64,000 nt of DNA from Octopus vulgaris (Eukaryota): NCBI GenBank assembly GCA_951406725.2, contig OX597841.1:12586001-12650000 (forward strand), written 5' to 3'. Of the stretch, positions 54,068 to 64,000 are shown piece after piece. Every line of letters starts with the position of its first letter. The stretch's first letter is position 1. The notes under the pieces were generated by a model. That model had not been told where the DNA came from. It worked only from the letters and a program-made list of their open reading frames with translations, and did not search any database. The position numbers were made by a program, and so were the translations under genes.

Positions 54068-57000
54068 GTCTATCTATCTGTCTATCTATCTGTCTGTCTA
54101 TCTATCTGTCTATCTATCTGTCTATCTATCTATCTATATATATATATATGAGAAAAAATGTTCAAATAGAACGATTCAAACTTTTTGAGGAATCCAAAAA
54201 GCTAGAATAATTCCCAATAAATCAGCCGGAACAATTAATAAGAATACGAAGATATCAATCGAAGAAGTTCGTTATAGGTATAAAGATACCATAAACAAGT
54301 ATAAAAATGGAGAAAAGATGTTATAATCAAAATTGGATATAATATATATATATATATGGTTATAACCTCTTTTCATATCCCATGAGATATAGATAACTTC
54401 GTAGCCACTCGATCACCAGCCGCCCTTCTGCTTCATGCATGCGTAGCTTAGTGGATAGTGTGTTGTACTCGCCATCGTAAGATTGTGGTTTCGATTCAGG
54501 CAATCTGTTGTGTTCTTGGGCTGAACACTTCTCTTCAGGTTGCTCCAGCTGTAGAACTGAGCTCAGCCTGGAGAAGGATGGGCTCTGACAGGGTTTTTTG
54601 TTATCCTAGATACGCTGAAGCGCCCCAACAACTCCCAAGGGATTAAGGGACTTGTCGACTGTCTATCTAGCCACCCACGCATTCTAATGTAAATGTTTGT
54701 TTCTTTGCAGGGACCCAACGGCTATGTAATGCTTGATACCCCAGGGTCAAAGGTACCCAGAAAATGTCTCTTTAAGCTGGATGGTAACACAGTTTTTGTA
54801 TCGTTACCATGGAGAAACTTAAAGATGGAAGGTTCGTTTCAACTCTTCGATACAAGCTTCAACTGGCGGTGTGTGTGTGTGTGTGTGTGTGTGTGTCAGT
54901 GGAGTGGTACTGTCTTTGCTGGACATGTTCCAGTTTTATTAAATCTCCTCAGCGAAACTTTTTCTATTCGGACGGCAAGACTAAGTGTGACTAACACATA
55001 TGCATGTGCGTGTGTGTACGTGTGTATACCTGAGTGTGAGTTGAGAAGAAAGAAGAGAGGATTAAAATGATAAACTAAGGCCAAATGCATCACGTGGTAA
55101 GTTGAAGGGAGAGACGAAGAGCGAGAGAAAATGACGGTGAAAGAAAAGTGGGAGAGAGAAATGTTAATGGTTGGGGGAGGGAAACATGAAAAGAAAGAAA
55201 GAAATATAAAGTGCTTAACAGGGGGGAATTTTAAAATTATAATATAATATATTATAATATATTATAATATATTATTGTGACTGGAAGTGAAATAACTTAG
55301 CAAAGAAGAAACAAAATCATCTTTCTTTCTTAAAAAGCTTCTCTTAATCTTTTTCATTCTGTGTAATTTCCACAGGTCCCACGAGTATATATATATATAT
55401 ATATATAAGTCTATATTCTTTTACACCTTCAATACTTTCAGGAACCCTTATCAACAGTCTTTCTCTGAAGTCTGTAGCCGGACATGTGCTTATCGACAAC
55501 AAAGAGTACAAAATGTTGGCCAAAGTCGAAATTGAAAATGCAAAGAACGTCTTCAAGCTTGCACCCAAATTTGAACTCACTTCCCCGAAAACGAAATTCG
55601 CTGCGAAAGCAAACTTGGAATACATGGCAAGGAAGAATCTGGACCTGAGCGCATCAGTCACAGGATCGATGCTTGAACCAATCTCATTGAAAGGTGAGTC
55701 GAACGGAAGCAGTCTTCGCTTTTATACCGCTTTTTTTTGCAAAATAATGGATTCGCCTTCGAGTTTGAGAAAATACATCTTTTCCTCTTTCCTTTTCCTC
55801 TTCCTTGGAGGAATCCGAAGGGAAGTGGCTGGCTTAATGTGAGTCGGAGATTTGCACACACACACACACACGTATAAAAAAATATATATATATATACATA
55901 TATACACATACATATACACATATCTACATATATATATACATATATGTGTGTGTATATAATATAGTCTGTATATATATATATATAATATAGTCTGTATATA
56001 TATATATTTGTGTCTGGACCCCCGTCATCGCTTGACAACCGTTGCTGGTGTGTTTATGTCCTTGTAAGTTAGAGGTTCGACAAAAGAGATTAATAGAATA
56101 AGTACTAGGCTTACAAAGAATAAGTATTGGGGTCGATTTCTTCGACTAACACTCTTTAAGGCGGTGTTCCAACATGGCCGCAGTCAAAAAACTGAAACAA
56201 GTAAAAAAGAAAATGCATAAAAAGAATATATGCATACGACGGGCTTCTTTGAGTTTCCGTTTATCGAATCCTCTCACAAGGCTTTTGTCTGCCCGGGCCA
56301 TAGTTGAAAACAATTTCGCCCATATAGATAAATGTATGTCTGAAGTCTTTGTGTAAATGCTTTCCCTTGTTTTTCGGCTTTTCAGACACACATGCGCATA
56401 CACATATAATGGTGCAGGACTTCCGATTTAAAGGTTGTGATGGACAAACTCCTTCCATGAAACGGGCGCTAAAAGCTGTGTCTGTTTTCTTTATTTTCTT
56501 TCAGTGTCTGCACAAAATGTACCCAAAGGAATGGCAGCGACTTCTGTTTTGAAGCTCGGCAAAAAGGAATACAACTTGATCACTCGTCTTGGAAAGATTC
56601 CCAAAAAGTCTGGTTTCAAATATAGTCCTTACTTAAAGGTCACGATGTCGGGTAAAGATGTCGTCGTGTTCGAATCCACAATCAGCCATGATGGAAAAGG
56701 CAAGGGAAATCTGGAAATGAATCTTGACAAAGTGTTCTCCAAACCAATTTATCTGAATGGTAAGTCAATAACATCTGTCATTCATTTACACGCAAAAGAA
56801 ATTTGCTCAGTGGGCGAAAACCCGAGTCCAGCATTTTCTACAAGGTTGATTTTTCGATCATAATATTAAAACAAACACAAGAACAACAACAAAAGCAACC
56901 ACAATGCTCTGAGGAGAGAATCGTCGCTGGGAATTTTCTTTCCTCCCTCATCTTTATTTTCGATTTTGTTTTTCTTTTTTCGTTCTTTCCTTTTTCTCTG

Positions 57001-60000
57001 TCTTTCTTCCTCATCTTTTTCTACCAACATGACTTGACAAAAACACCAATCAGCTGTGTTTATTTTAATGGCCTACCACTGTATGCAGTGAGTTTCTCTG
57101 CCCTAAGTGTTGGGAAGACACTCGGAAAGAGATGGAAACGTAAAACACCCTTTCTTTCCTTCCCTGAGCGTCTTATTAATACTGTGCACGTACCACGTCC
57201 TCACGTTGTTGTTTTTTTTTCTTATTGTATTTTTGCTTCTTTTCTTTTTTTTTTGATTAATTATATATTAATTAAGTATATATATCGTTGCCCGCTTCAG
57301 CACTTACTTCAATGAATGTTGGTAAAGCCAAGAGCAGGGACACTGCCCGAATCATATTTAAGTCACCACAGGGTAGTTGCAAGTTGAACATTGACTTAGA
57401 CTCCAAACCTCTCGGAATCAGCAGCAGAATAATCGCCATTTACAACTTTGGTGCCAAATTTTCGGACCGTCTTACGCTTTCTGCCAAGACAAGAACCGTC
57501 AGAACCAAGAACGCCGCTACCTACTCCGGCACCGCGTAAGTAACCACTCTTTAATGATACATAGACACACACACATCCATATGCATACAAATAAATACAC
57601 ATCCATTCATGTATGTGCACATATATATATATATTATATAGAGGGCACTATTACACATAGATGCCTCATGCTTGAAGGGACTCTTAAAGTCAAAACTACT
57701 AAAATAAATAAACACATCGTACCGAAACAATTCTCGAAGTAGGTTATTTTTAAAAAAAAGCCCACCATTTACATAGATGTGTAAGGGGTAAACATTCCTA
57801 CCTGCTGCGTTGGATACGATGGCTGTTCGCTTGGGATGTTGTTTTTGTTTATTCATTATATATCTTGAATTATGCTTGCACTGAGGAGTAAAAAGTGCAT
57901 AAAACTGCGCCGATTACGAAATCACAGTGTGATATGCGGCGATAATGATGATGATGATAATGATGATGTTTCACTATGCTCCCTCCACTTACTTTGCATG
58001 TGAATTATTCTTTACAGTGACTTGATCAGCAAGAAGAGCAACTGGCTGAATTTCAACGTGAAGAGCAAGCTGACCAAAACTAACAACCACCTGGACACCA
58101 ATGTGGATCTCACTTATGGCAACCCGAAAAACAAGGCCCTCAACAACCTGAAGGTGAACTCAGTCATCAACTACAAGACGAAATCAGTCACAAGAGAATG
58201 TAACTTTGCTATGTCAGTGAAACATCCCGGACAGGTAAGATAACATCAACCACCACCACCACCACCACCACCTCCACCACCACCACCACCACCACCACCA
58301 CCGCCGCCACCACCACTACCACCACCACCACCACCACCACCACCACCACCACCACCACCACCTCCGCTGCTGTGGTATTTGAGTCTACATTACTTAATGC
58401 GTTCTTCTTCCTTGTTCTTGCTGCCGCTTAGCCCTCGGTCAGACTTGATCCGACAGGCCAATGATCAAGGACGCTCCAGCCAAGATCATTCCATCTAATG
58501 TGTCCTATCTTCTTGGTGTTTAGCCCCTGGTCAGTTCTGATTCAGTCAGATCTTTAATCAAAGAAGTTCCAGCTGTGAACATGTCATCTTTTACTCAGGC
58601 ATAGTGCATCTAGGACTACATTATCAAATGCGTCTTTGTCGTTGCGTTATTTTAGAAGATTGGGTGTGATTAGAGTGAGATGCAGCTGCTATTTCCAGCA
58701 GGTCCGTGTAAAATGTTGGTCGCCGTAAGGGTGGTCCGATACACATAGAGAGTATTTCGGTACGTTGTCACAGTTGAGTGATTCCAGTTCTAAATCCAAT
58801 CACAACTCGGTGATTCCAATAACGGCTACAGTCACAGTTGAGTGACAGTCATGATGGCTATAGTTACAGTTGTTGGAAGATGAATTATTCAAAATGTCCC
58901 TTACAAGCTATGCCCCAACATGGCCGCTACTTGGGGAATGAGACTAGTAAAAGTATACAAAAAAATCTTGACTTAACCTTTAAATTTCTCTTTCTCGTTT
59001 TTTTTGTCTTGAACAGAATGTCAACTTCCACGTGAAGGCCGACCATTTCCACACTGCAACCTCCCCCATGAGGAAAATTGAGAACAATATCATGCTTCAA
59101 GTCTCTCCTCGCTACTTGGTAAAAACTGGTTTGTTTTACAGCAACGTCAAAGTGAAGGGCTTGCAGAACACCGACGTCAAGGTGTCTCTTGCTTATCCCG
59201 ATAGAGTCATGGAATTCGAAGAGAAATTGGTTCAACTCAACACAAACACTTACGAGAATGAAGTATGTGCCCAATGGCAAAAGGACACCATGGTAAAAGT
59301 GAAGACAACTTTCAGGAACAGTCCCAAAGTTGTGATGGTTGACAACCAGCTCACCTTACCCAACCAGAAACAAGCTAAACTGACCACCACTCTCAACATG
59401 GCTGATCGTAATTACAAAGCAATGACCGAACTTCACGTTGACAAACAGATTCTCTCCCTTGAGCAGAACATTGACTACAAAGCTGTCGCCTCTGTTCAAT
59501 ATGATACCAGTAAAACTGATATATCCGGCAACGGAGATCTTTTGTTAGAATGGGCACAGGATCGAAAAATAAGTGCTACTGCATCGTTAGTCGGTGTAGT
59601 TGGAAGGAGATCAACCACCAAATTTAGCATCACTACACCTTTCAGAAGTCTTCAGAGTTACAGTGAAACCATCGAACGTATTACCACCAACAAGAAATGT
59701 TTGTATTCTTCCCATAGTATTTTGAGAAGCAACGACAACACAGATGAGATGAAACAAGACATGACTTTGAATTCTTTTGACAAAGAATTTGAATACAATT
59801 TCTCGCACATGCGCAACCGAGTTACGACAGATGTGAAAATTGCTTTGAAAAACAACGACATCAAAAAGACCGCCATGATGTTGGTGAAACAAGACAAGAA
59901 AACCTATCTTGATGTGAGTATGGCCCATAATGTTGACAGGAGTCAGATGAACAGTGATGCAAGCCTGGCTTTTGATATGTTTGATGCTAAAGGTCACATG

Positions 60001-63000
60001 AAGATTGCTCTGGAGAGCGATGATCGAGAAATGACTTCAAGCGGAGACTGCGAAATTAATCTGCCAAATTACAGAATCAACTCCATCGGTGGTTCATATT
60101 CTCTGAAGCATAACCAAGCTAAATCTTCGATTAATCTTGGCTACACCAGCTCTTTGCGTTATTACAAAAACGGAGAGATATCAGCTGTGCTAGTGAAAGG
60201 TTTGCCCAAGAGACTGAAGGGTAGCGTGACAGTTACAAGTAACAACAGGGAGTTAATGAAAATGAATACTGAATACACGAGACAGAAAGACAACTTCGAT
60301 GTGAATGCTCAAATGACAGGACCCGATGGTAAAACGATGACAGCCTCCTTTAACTTGAATATGTCTGGTGCAAGGAAAACATCCCATGCCGAAATAAAGT
60401 CAGGTTCCATCGATGCCTCAGTGGACGGTGCCGTTGAATTCGAAGCCGGCCGCTATTTTGATAGTGAAATACGTATCGGATCTGGTGGTAAGAATCTTTT
60501 GTTATCTGGAAACTACAAGATAGAATCTTCCAGCCATAAGATAAATGTTCATTTAGGACTTCCAGACAGCAGACAAATCAAGGCTCAAACTGTAATCCTT
60601 AATGGAGAGAGGAAAACATATTCTTTCAATGTTGACAGTCCTGACTTTCCTTCCCTTACAAATATGAACATGGAAGTTTCTTACCAAACAGGAGGCCAAG
60701 ATTCCATGGCTAGGGCATCGGTGAAAGTTTTGCCCTATCTGGAGCAACTACAATTGAAAGCAAGCCAATCAAGGGACAGGACAGATGCAAGTATTGAACT
60801 CGAAACTCACTCTGATACCATAAGACAAGGAAAAATGACACTGTCGCTAAAAGGTAACTGGAGACGATATGAGAACATTAATTTTGAAACTGAATTCAAC
60901 GATAGAAAACTGTTTGTCTTCAAAGGTTTGTACAACGTGAACAGTGTGGACGATTTCAAAGTAAATATGGTTGCTACCACATCTCATAAAAGGTATAATG
61001 AATTCTCTTTTGATATCACACATCAAAATATGGAGTCCAGCCTCCAGATAAAGGCAGCCAGGGAATTTATGTTCAACAGCAACATGAAGAACCAACCAAA
61101 ACACACACAAATCTCCTCCAAGATTAGTCTGAGAAACTACGACGACTGGGAAACTCAATTTGTTAGGACTGGCGACTTCGATGACATGGTCATGACTCTG
61201 TCACACAAAATTGGAAACAGCGACCAATACACAAGCGACATGTCGATCCGTAAGTATGGCAGAGAGGTCACCTTACAGATTGTTACCCCGAATGGAGTGA
61301 AATTCAATATGGACTTGATGGTGGACCCTGAGGACATTTCTCTCGGACTTGACCTTTACCTCCACACACCTTCTGACAACTACGAAATCAATGCCGCTTA
61401 CAACCATATGTCGAAAATCGCGCTCAAAGTTGTGTTTCCAACCCACACGTGTCAAATGTTAATGAAACTGAGCGGAGATTTAGAAAAGTTCCAATACCAA
61501 GCTGACATCACTTACGATAACGAGAAATACGAATTCAATTTGTCCAACAAGGACTACTTCAGACGTATCCAAGCCAGTCTGGGAACACCTTCATTCAACG
61601 ACCTTCTGGACTTCACACTAGACGGACAACCGGAGATGTTCAACTTGATCTTTGAGGCTAAACACAACGAAGATGCCTTCCTGATGAAAGTTTCCAACGA
61701 AAAATTCTACAAAAAAATCACCTTCGATCTTAAAACACCTTTCAACTTTGAAACATCTATCAAGATGGATAACACTCTCAAAAACTTAAACGGTATGTTC
61801 AGTGTTTTGATAAGAAACACAAAATATGAAATTGCTTATTCCACCAAAGGCTATTACGAGCAGATGAGAGTAGCTATGTCAATTCCGAGACACCAGGTTG
61901 TTGTTAAAAGCAGCATTGATGCCAAGAAAAACGGCGTCACCGGCGATGCTACCTTGGTCTACAACAAGAAAAGGGTCACTTTGGGAGGATCCTACAAAAA
62001 CTTTGGACGTAAGATGGTTATCAAGGGAGATCTGAAAGCTCCTACCTTCAACGATGACCTCACTCTTACCATTTCCGGTAAATTGAAGAAGTTCAACGTG
62101 GTTCTCAAACTGCAACACAACAAGGACATTTATGAAGTGACAGCCTCCAATAAGGCATACTACAAGACTTTGGACATCAACGTCTATTTCCCAGGAGTCA
62201 AAGCTAAGCTGGACTTTGAAGGAGAACTGAAAAGATTCAAGGCCTTCGCCGGCGTGACCATCGACAAACAACAATACAAACTGGTTCTTTCCAATCAAAA
62301 TTACATGAAAGGAATCAACGCTGAACTGACCACACCAGAACTTGGACACAACGAGCTGAAATTTGACTTTGGTGGCGAATTGAGAAATTTCCATCTTAAC
62401 ACTCAGTTACTGCGCAAGAAAACTGAATATTCTTTTGCAACCTCAGTAAATGTTGACAGTCACTCATACACCCTCAGCTTCAAGACACCCGTCTTCAGTT
62501 TGACAGGAGACGTCATGAATGGATTTAAGTCTTCGAGCTTCAAGACAAAGTTGATCAACATTTACAACAGTTACCAATTTGCTGCTTCCAACATGAATTA
62601 TTTCGATTACATGAGCTTCAATATGTCCACTCCTGAACTGGGTGTCCAGAAACTCACCCTCCAGCGACAGGACCGTTCTTTGTCTGTGCGTTTCCAGAAC
62701 AACAACGACATGTATCAGTGTGATATCTCTTTAGAGAATAAAGACATTTTGATCAGTTTTTCTTCTCCCGACAACAAAGGTGAGATCAAGGCAAAATTGA
62801 ACGAACACGTCAAGGACTTTAGTCTGTCTGCTCAGCTGACCAACAACGGAAAAACTTACAAAGTGAAGATGGTCAACGATAACTTCAAACAAATGGTCGC
62901 CCGTATGACCAGGCCTTCTTCTGATGACATCGAAATCTTGGTTGAAAACACCGGCAACATTGCCAATGGTAAGAGCCATGTGAAGGCCACGTTTGGAAAC

Positions 63001-64000
63001 TACCTTTTGGATAACAATGTCGATGTTCAACTGAACCAGAGACAGTTCGTGATGCAAATGAAATCATCGGTGAAATCAAAGCAAACAGCGATCAACTTCA
63101 ATGTTGACATTCAAACAAACTTTGATACAAACGAGTTCAGCCAGTCATTCATCGTAAACATGAATGGAAGAAAGAGCTCAGTAAAGACCTACGTAAATCT
63201 GTCACGTGGTTTGACAGCTTCTTTTGACCTCGATAACACTTACACCGGCGACGTTCACATGAAGGTCGATATTGAACCAATGAAACTGAACCGGATCAAA
63301 TCATCATTGGTACTGAAATCTCAGTTAACAGGTGTCGTTACTCTGGTTTATCAACACGAACTGACCCGAATGTCCTTCAAAAGCAAAGCTCACATCGAAA
63401 CCGATTCCAGTAGCAGACTTGCAGGCTATGACGTAGAAGTAAGCTTCCAGCAGAAGTATTCTTACAATGTTAAGATGGATTACAAAAACGAAAAATACGT
63501 CATCACATCGAAGGCTTCTCACGACGATCGTTCGACAAGCGGAAACTTCCAAATGAGGACTCCATTGAGAAACTTGAAAGATTTAACCATCTCTGCTGAA
63601 CTCGATGCCAACAGGCTTATGAAAGCAAGTGTTTCCCTCCCTAAACAGTTCTACGGTGTAAACTTTGTCAATACCGGCAACGGCTTCAATGTTGAGCTGG
63701 ATTTACAAAGAGACACCAGTGACAAGGAAAAGCAGTTTAAAACTTCTATGAGATACGTTAACAATGACAGCCGATCTACTTTCTTTAGAAAAATCATTTT
63801 GAAAGTGATGGGCGATAATGGCGACTTGACTGGAAATTTCCATATCCAGAAATCTTCTGATATGTACACAGTGAAGGCTGAATACAGTTGGGGAGAGAAA
63901 GACAGTCAGAAAATAGGAGCAGAACTTCAAATGAAAACTTCAAGCGGAAGCGAAGCACTCCTTAGTTTGATCTTACCCCGTCGTACCATCCAACTGACCG
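41303..64000 (+). CDS. Apolipophorin/apoB-like large lipid transfer protein (vitellogenin-N/LLT domain) gene, 19 exons visible, 3' end beyond window, at least 2,953 aa
   Basis: Manual splicing gives one continuous frame with GT-AG introns and matching phases. Signal peptide [21 protein letters not shown] motifs: [140 protein letters not shown] long amphipathic beta region follows. These motifs fit the apolipophorin/apoB branch better than canonical vitellogenin. Confidence 0.93.
43605..43790 (-). mobile_element. Repeat family H2 in intron 1, hammerhead-like motif 43692-43727
   Basis: Minus strand: CTTT CGGCTGA A GAGC GTAG GCTC GAAA CG TA AAAG. Confidence 0.68.
44170..44554 (-). mobile_element. 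Non-autonomous Helitron-like element (partial second copy 45161-45277)
   Basis: The minus strand starts TCTCTCTATATATAAAG and ends CCCGAGCAACGCCGGG hairpin...CTAG, inserted between A and T. Confidence 0.75.
44590..44748. repeat. ~25-nt minisatellite, about 6 copies
   Basis: Unit ATTTGGTGTTGACTCCTACATAAAT. Confidence 0.85.
44824..44877 (+). CDS. LLTP exon 2 (54 nt)
   Basis: Acceptor [33 protein letters not shown], donor CAG|GTAAAT, phase 1-1. Confidence 0.8.
45333..45493 (+). CDS. LLTP exon 3
   Basis: TTCTCTCTGCAG acceptor, [17 protein letters not shown]...PCSLLMR, donor GTAAGC; start of vitellogenin-N domain. Confidence 0.92.
46050..46274 (+). CDS. LLTP exon 4
   Basis: VTDAGLQ...[16 protein letters not shown]...NITE, TTCTACAG/GTAAGT, 75 codons. 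Confidence 0.95.
46356..46586 (+). mobile_element. tRNA-derived SINE family B (Nin/Deu-like central block), full length, 15-bp TSD, intron 4
   Basis: B box GAGTTCAAATTCC; GCCTTTCGTCCTTTCGGAGTCGATAAATTAAGTACC; TSD GGGATTAATTGAAGC/GGGATTACTTGAAGC at 46339 and 46587. Confidence 0.9.
47016..47168 (+). CDS. LLTP exon 5
   Basis: [11 protein letters not shown]...SKDLLNC...NVPS, TTTTTCAG/GTAAGT, 51 codons. Confidence 0.95.
47225..47385 (-). mobile_element. Repeat family H2 in intron 5, decayed hammerhead-like motif 47305-47340
   Basis: Minus strand: CTTT CTTTTGA A GAGC GTAG GTTC GAAA CG TG AAAG. Confidence 0.6.
48018..48219 (+). CDS. LLTP exon 6
   Basis: [16 protein letters not shown]...[11 protein letters not shown]...QTY, CTTCCAG/GTAGGT, phase 0-1. 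Confidence 0.93.
48337..48592 (+). CDS. LLTP exon 7
   Basis: [14 protein letters not shown]...VEIP, TTTTCAG/GTTAGT, phase 1-2. Confidence 0.9.
49296..49461 (+). CDS. LLTP exon 8
   Basis: [16 protein letters not shown]...[33 protein letters not shown], phase 2-0 (not in ORF track). Confidence 0.93.
50027..50344 (+). CDS. LLTP exon 9
   Basis: PLLDDSEI...LRALGNIG...[20 protein letters not shown], 106 codons. Confidence 0.94.
51302..51802 (+). CDS. LLTP exon 10
   Basis: RSDLMG...DSEIRINAY...KFSRNYE...KTSKD, TTCTTCAG/GTACGT, 167 codons. Confidence 0.94.
52169..52446 (+). CDS. LLTP exon 11
   Basis: [21 protein letters not shown]...[10 protein letters not shown]...EIKL, CCACAG/GTAAGA, phase 0-2. 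Confidence 0.92.
52478..52830. repeat. 133-nt tandem repeat (about 2.6 copies) of an interspersed repeat, intron 11
   Basis: GGTCAGTCCTGATCC at 52498, 52631 and 52764; related single copies near 21660-21840 and 58425-58700. Confidence 0.88.
53012..53179 (+). CDS. LLTP exon 12
   Basis: [14 protein letters not shown]...EIFNL, CTTGCAG/GTAAGT, phase 2-2. Confidence 0.92.
53558..53816 (+). CDS. LLTP exon 13
   Basis: SEFYTIQ...[15 protein letters not shown]...APFFPFTGP...ADFP, CCAAAG/GTAAGA, phase 2-0. Confidence 0.9.
54711..54831 (+). CDS. LLTP exon 14
   Basis: [17 protein letters not shown]...[23 protein letters not shown], phase 0-1. Confidence 0.87.
55442..55693 (+). CDS. LLTP exon 15
   Basis: [10 protein letters not shown]...EPISLK, CTTTCAG/GTGAGT, phase 1-1. 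Confidence 0.88.
56005..56315. mobile_element. SINE family A pieces in intron 15 (3' half +, 5' part -)
   Basis: Homology to 4718-5133. Confidence 0.8.
56505..56759 (+). CDS. LLTP exon 16
   Basis: VSAQNVPKG...KPIYLN, TTCTTTCAG/GTAAGT, phase 1-1. Confidence 0.88.
57301..57535 (+). CDS. LLTP exon 17
   Basis: ALTSMNVGK...YSGT, GCTTCAG/GTAAGT, phase 1-2. Confidence 0.87.
58018..58234 (+). CDS. LLTP exon 18
   Basis: [12 protein letters not shown]...KHPGQ, TTTACAG/GTAAGA, phase 2-0. Confidence 0.88.
58248..58366. repeat. (ACC)n microsatellite, intron 18
   Basis: Direct reading. Confidence 0.95.
59017..64000 (+). CDS. LLTP exon 19, giant exon (at least 4,984 nt, at least 1,661 codons), runs off window
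   Basis: Acceptor [25 protein letters not shown]...[11 protein letters not shown]. No stop in the parts translated by hand. The ORF track lists no terminated + ORF here, consistent with a frame open to the end. No microsatellites; alternating hydrophobic/polar beta-strand pattern. Confidence 0.93.

Noticed and set aside
62745-62760. CATTTTGATCAGTTTT resembles the APOB C-to-U editing site plus mooring sequence
   Set aside because: The C is the third base of GAC, so editing would be silent; APOBEC1 editing is a vertebrate system; a chance match in 5 kb is plausible
58927-63930. Minus-strand ORFs within the giant exon
   Set aside because: Antisense shadows of a codon-biased sense frame
41303-64000. 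Calling the gene vitellogenin, MTP or APOB by symbol
   Set aside because: It is too long for MTP and the motifs favour the apolipophorin/apoB branch, but orthology needs a phylogeny and the C-terminus is outside the window

Overview
Eukaryotic, AT-rich genomic DNA saturated with microsatellites. It is most likely a coleoid cephalopod (Octopus-like), inferred from the SINE families and repeat landscape rather than from a database search. Bases 1 to about 41,000 hold no host gene. They are a mosaic of decayed R4/Dong-type and CR1-type LINEs, a Penelope-like GIY-YIG remnant, a DD37D (maT) mariner, Helitron-like and MITE elements, at least four SINE families, minisatellites and simple repeats. 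From 41,222 to the end lies one + strand gene for a large lipid transfer protein (apolipophorin/apoB-like, vitellogenin N-domain). It has a TATA box and Inr, a signal peptide, 18 phase-consistent GT-AG exons (1,292 codons) and a 19th exon of at least 4,984 nt that stays open off the window end, giving at least 2,953 aa. Most notable observations: (1) about ten type-I hammerhead-ribozyme motifs of the Penelope-associated kind, some with canonical cores and one with a covarying U3-A8 core, often in short fold-back insertions inside (TA)n; (2) a ~50-aa tandem beta-strand repeat inside the giant exon; (3) no furin site at the usual apoLp-II/I junction; (4) an HNF4-like plus C/EBP-like plus TATA promoter module reminiscent of vertebrate APOB. 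Nearly all listed ORFs outside these features are microsatellite artefacts.
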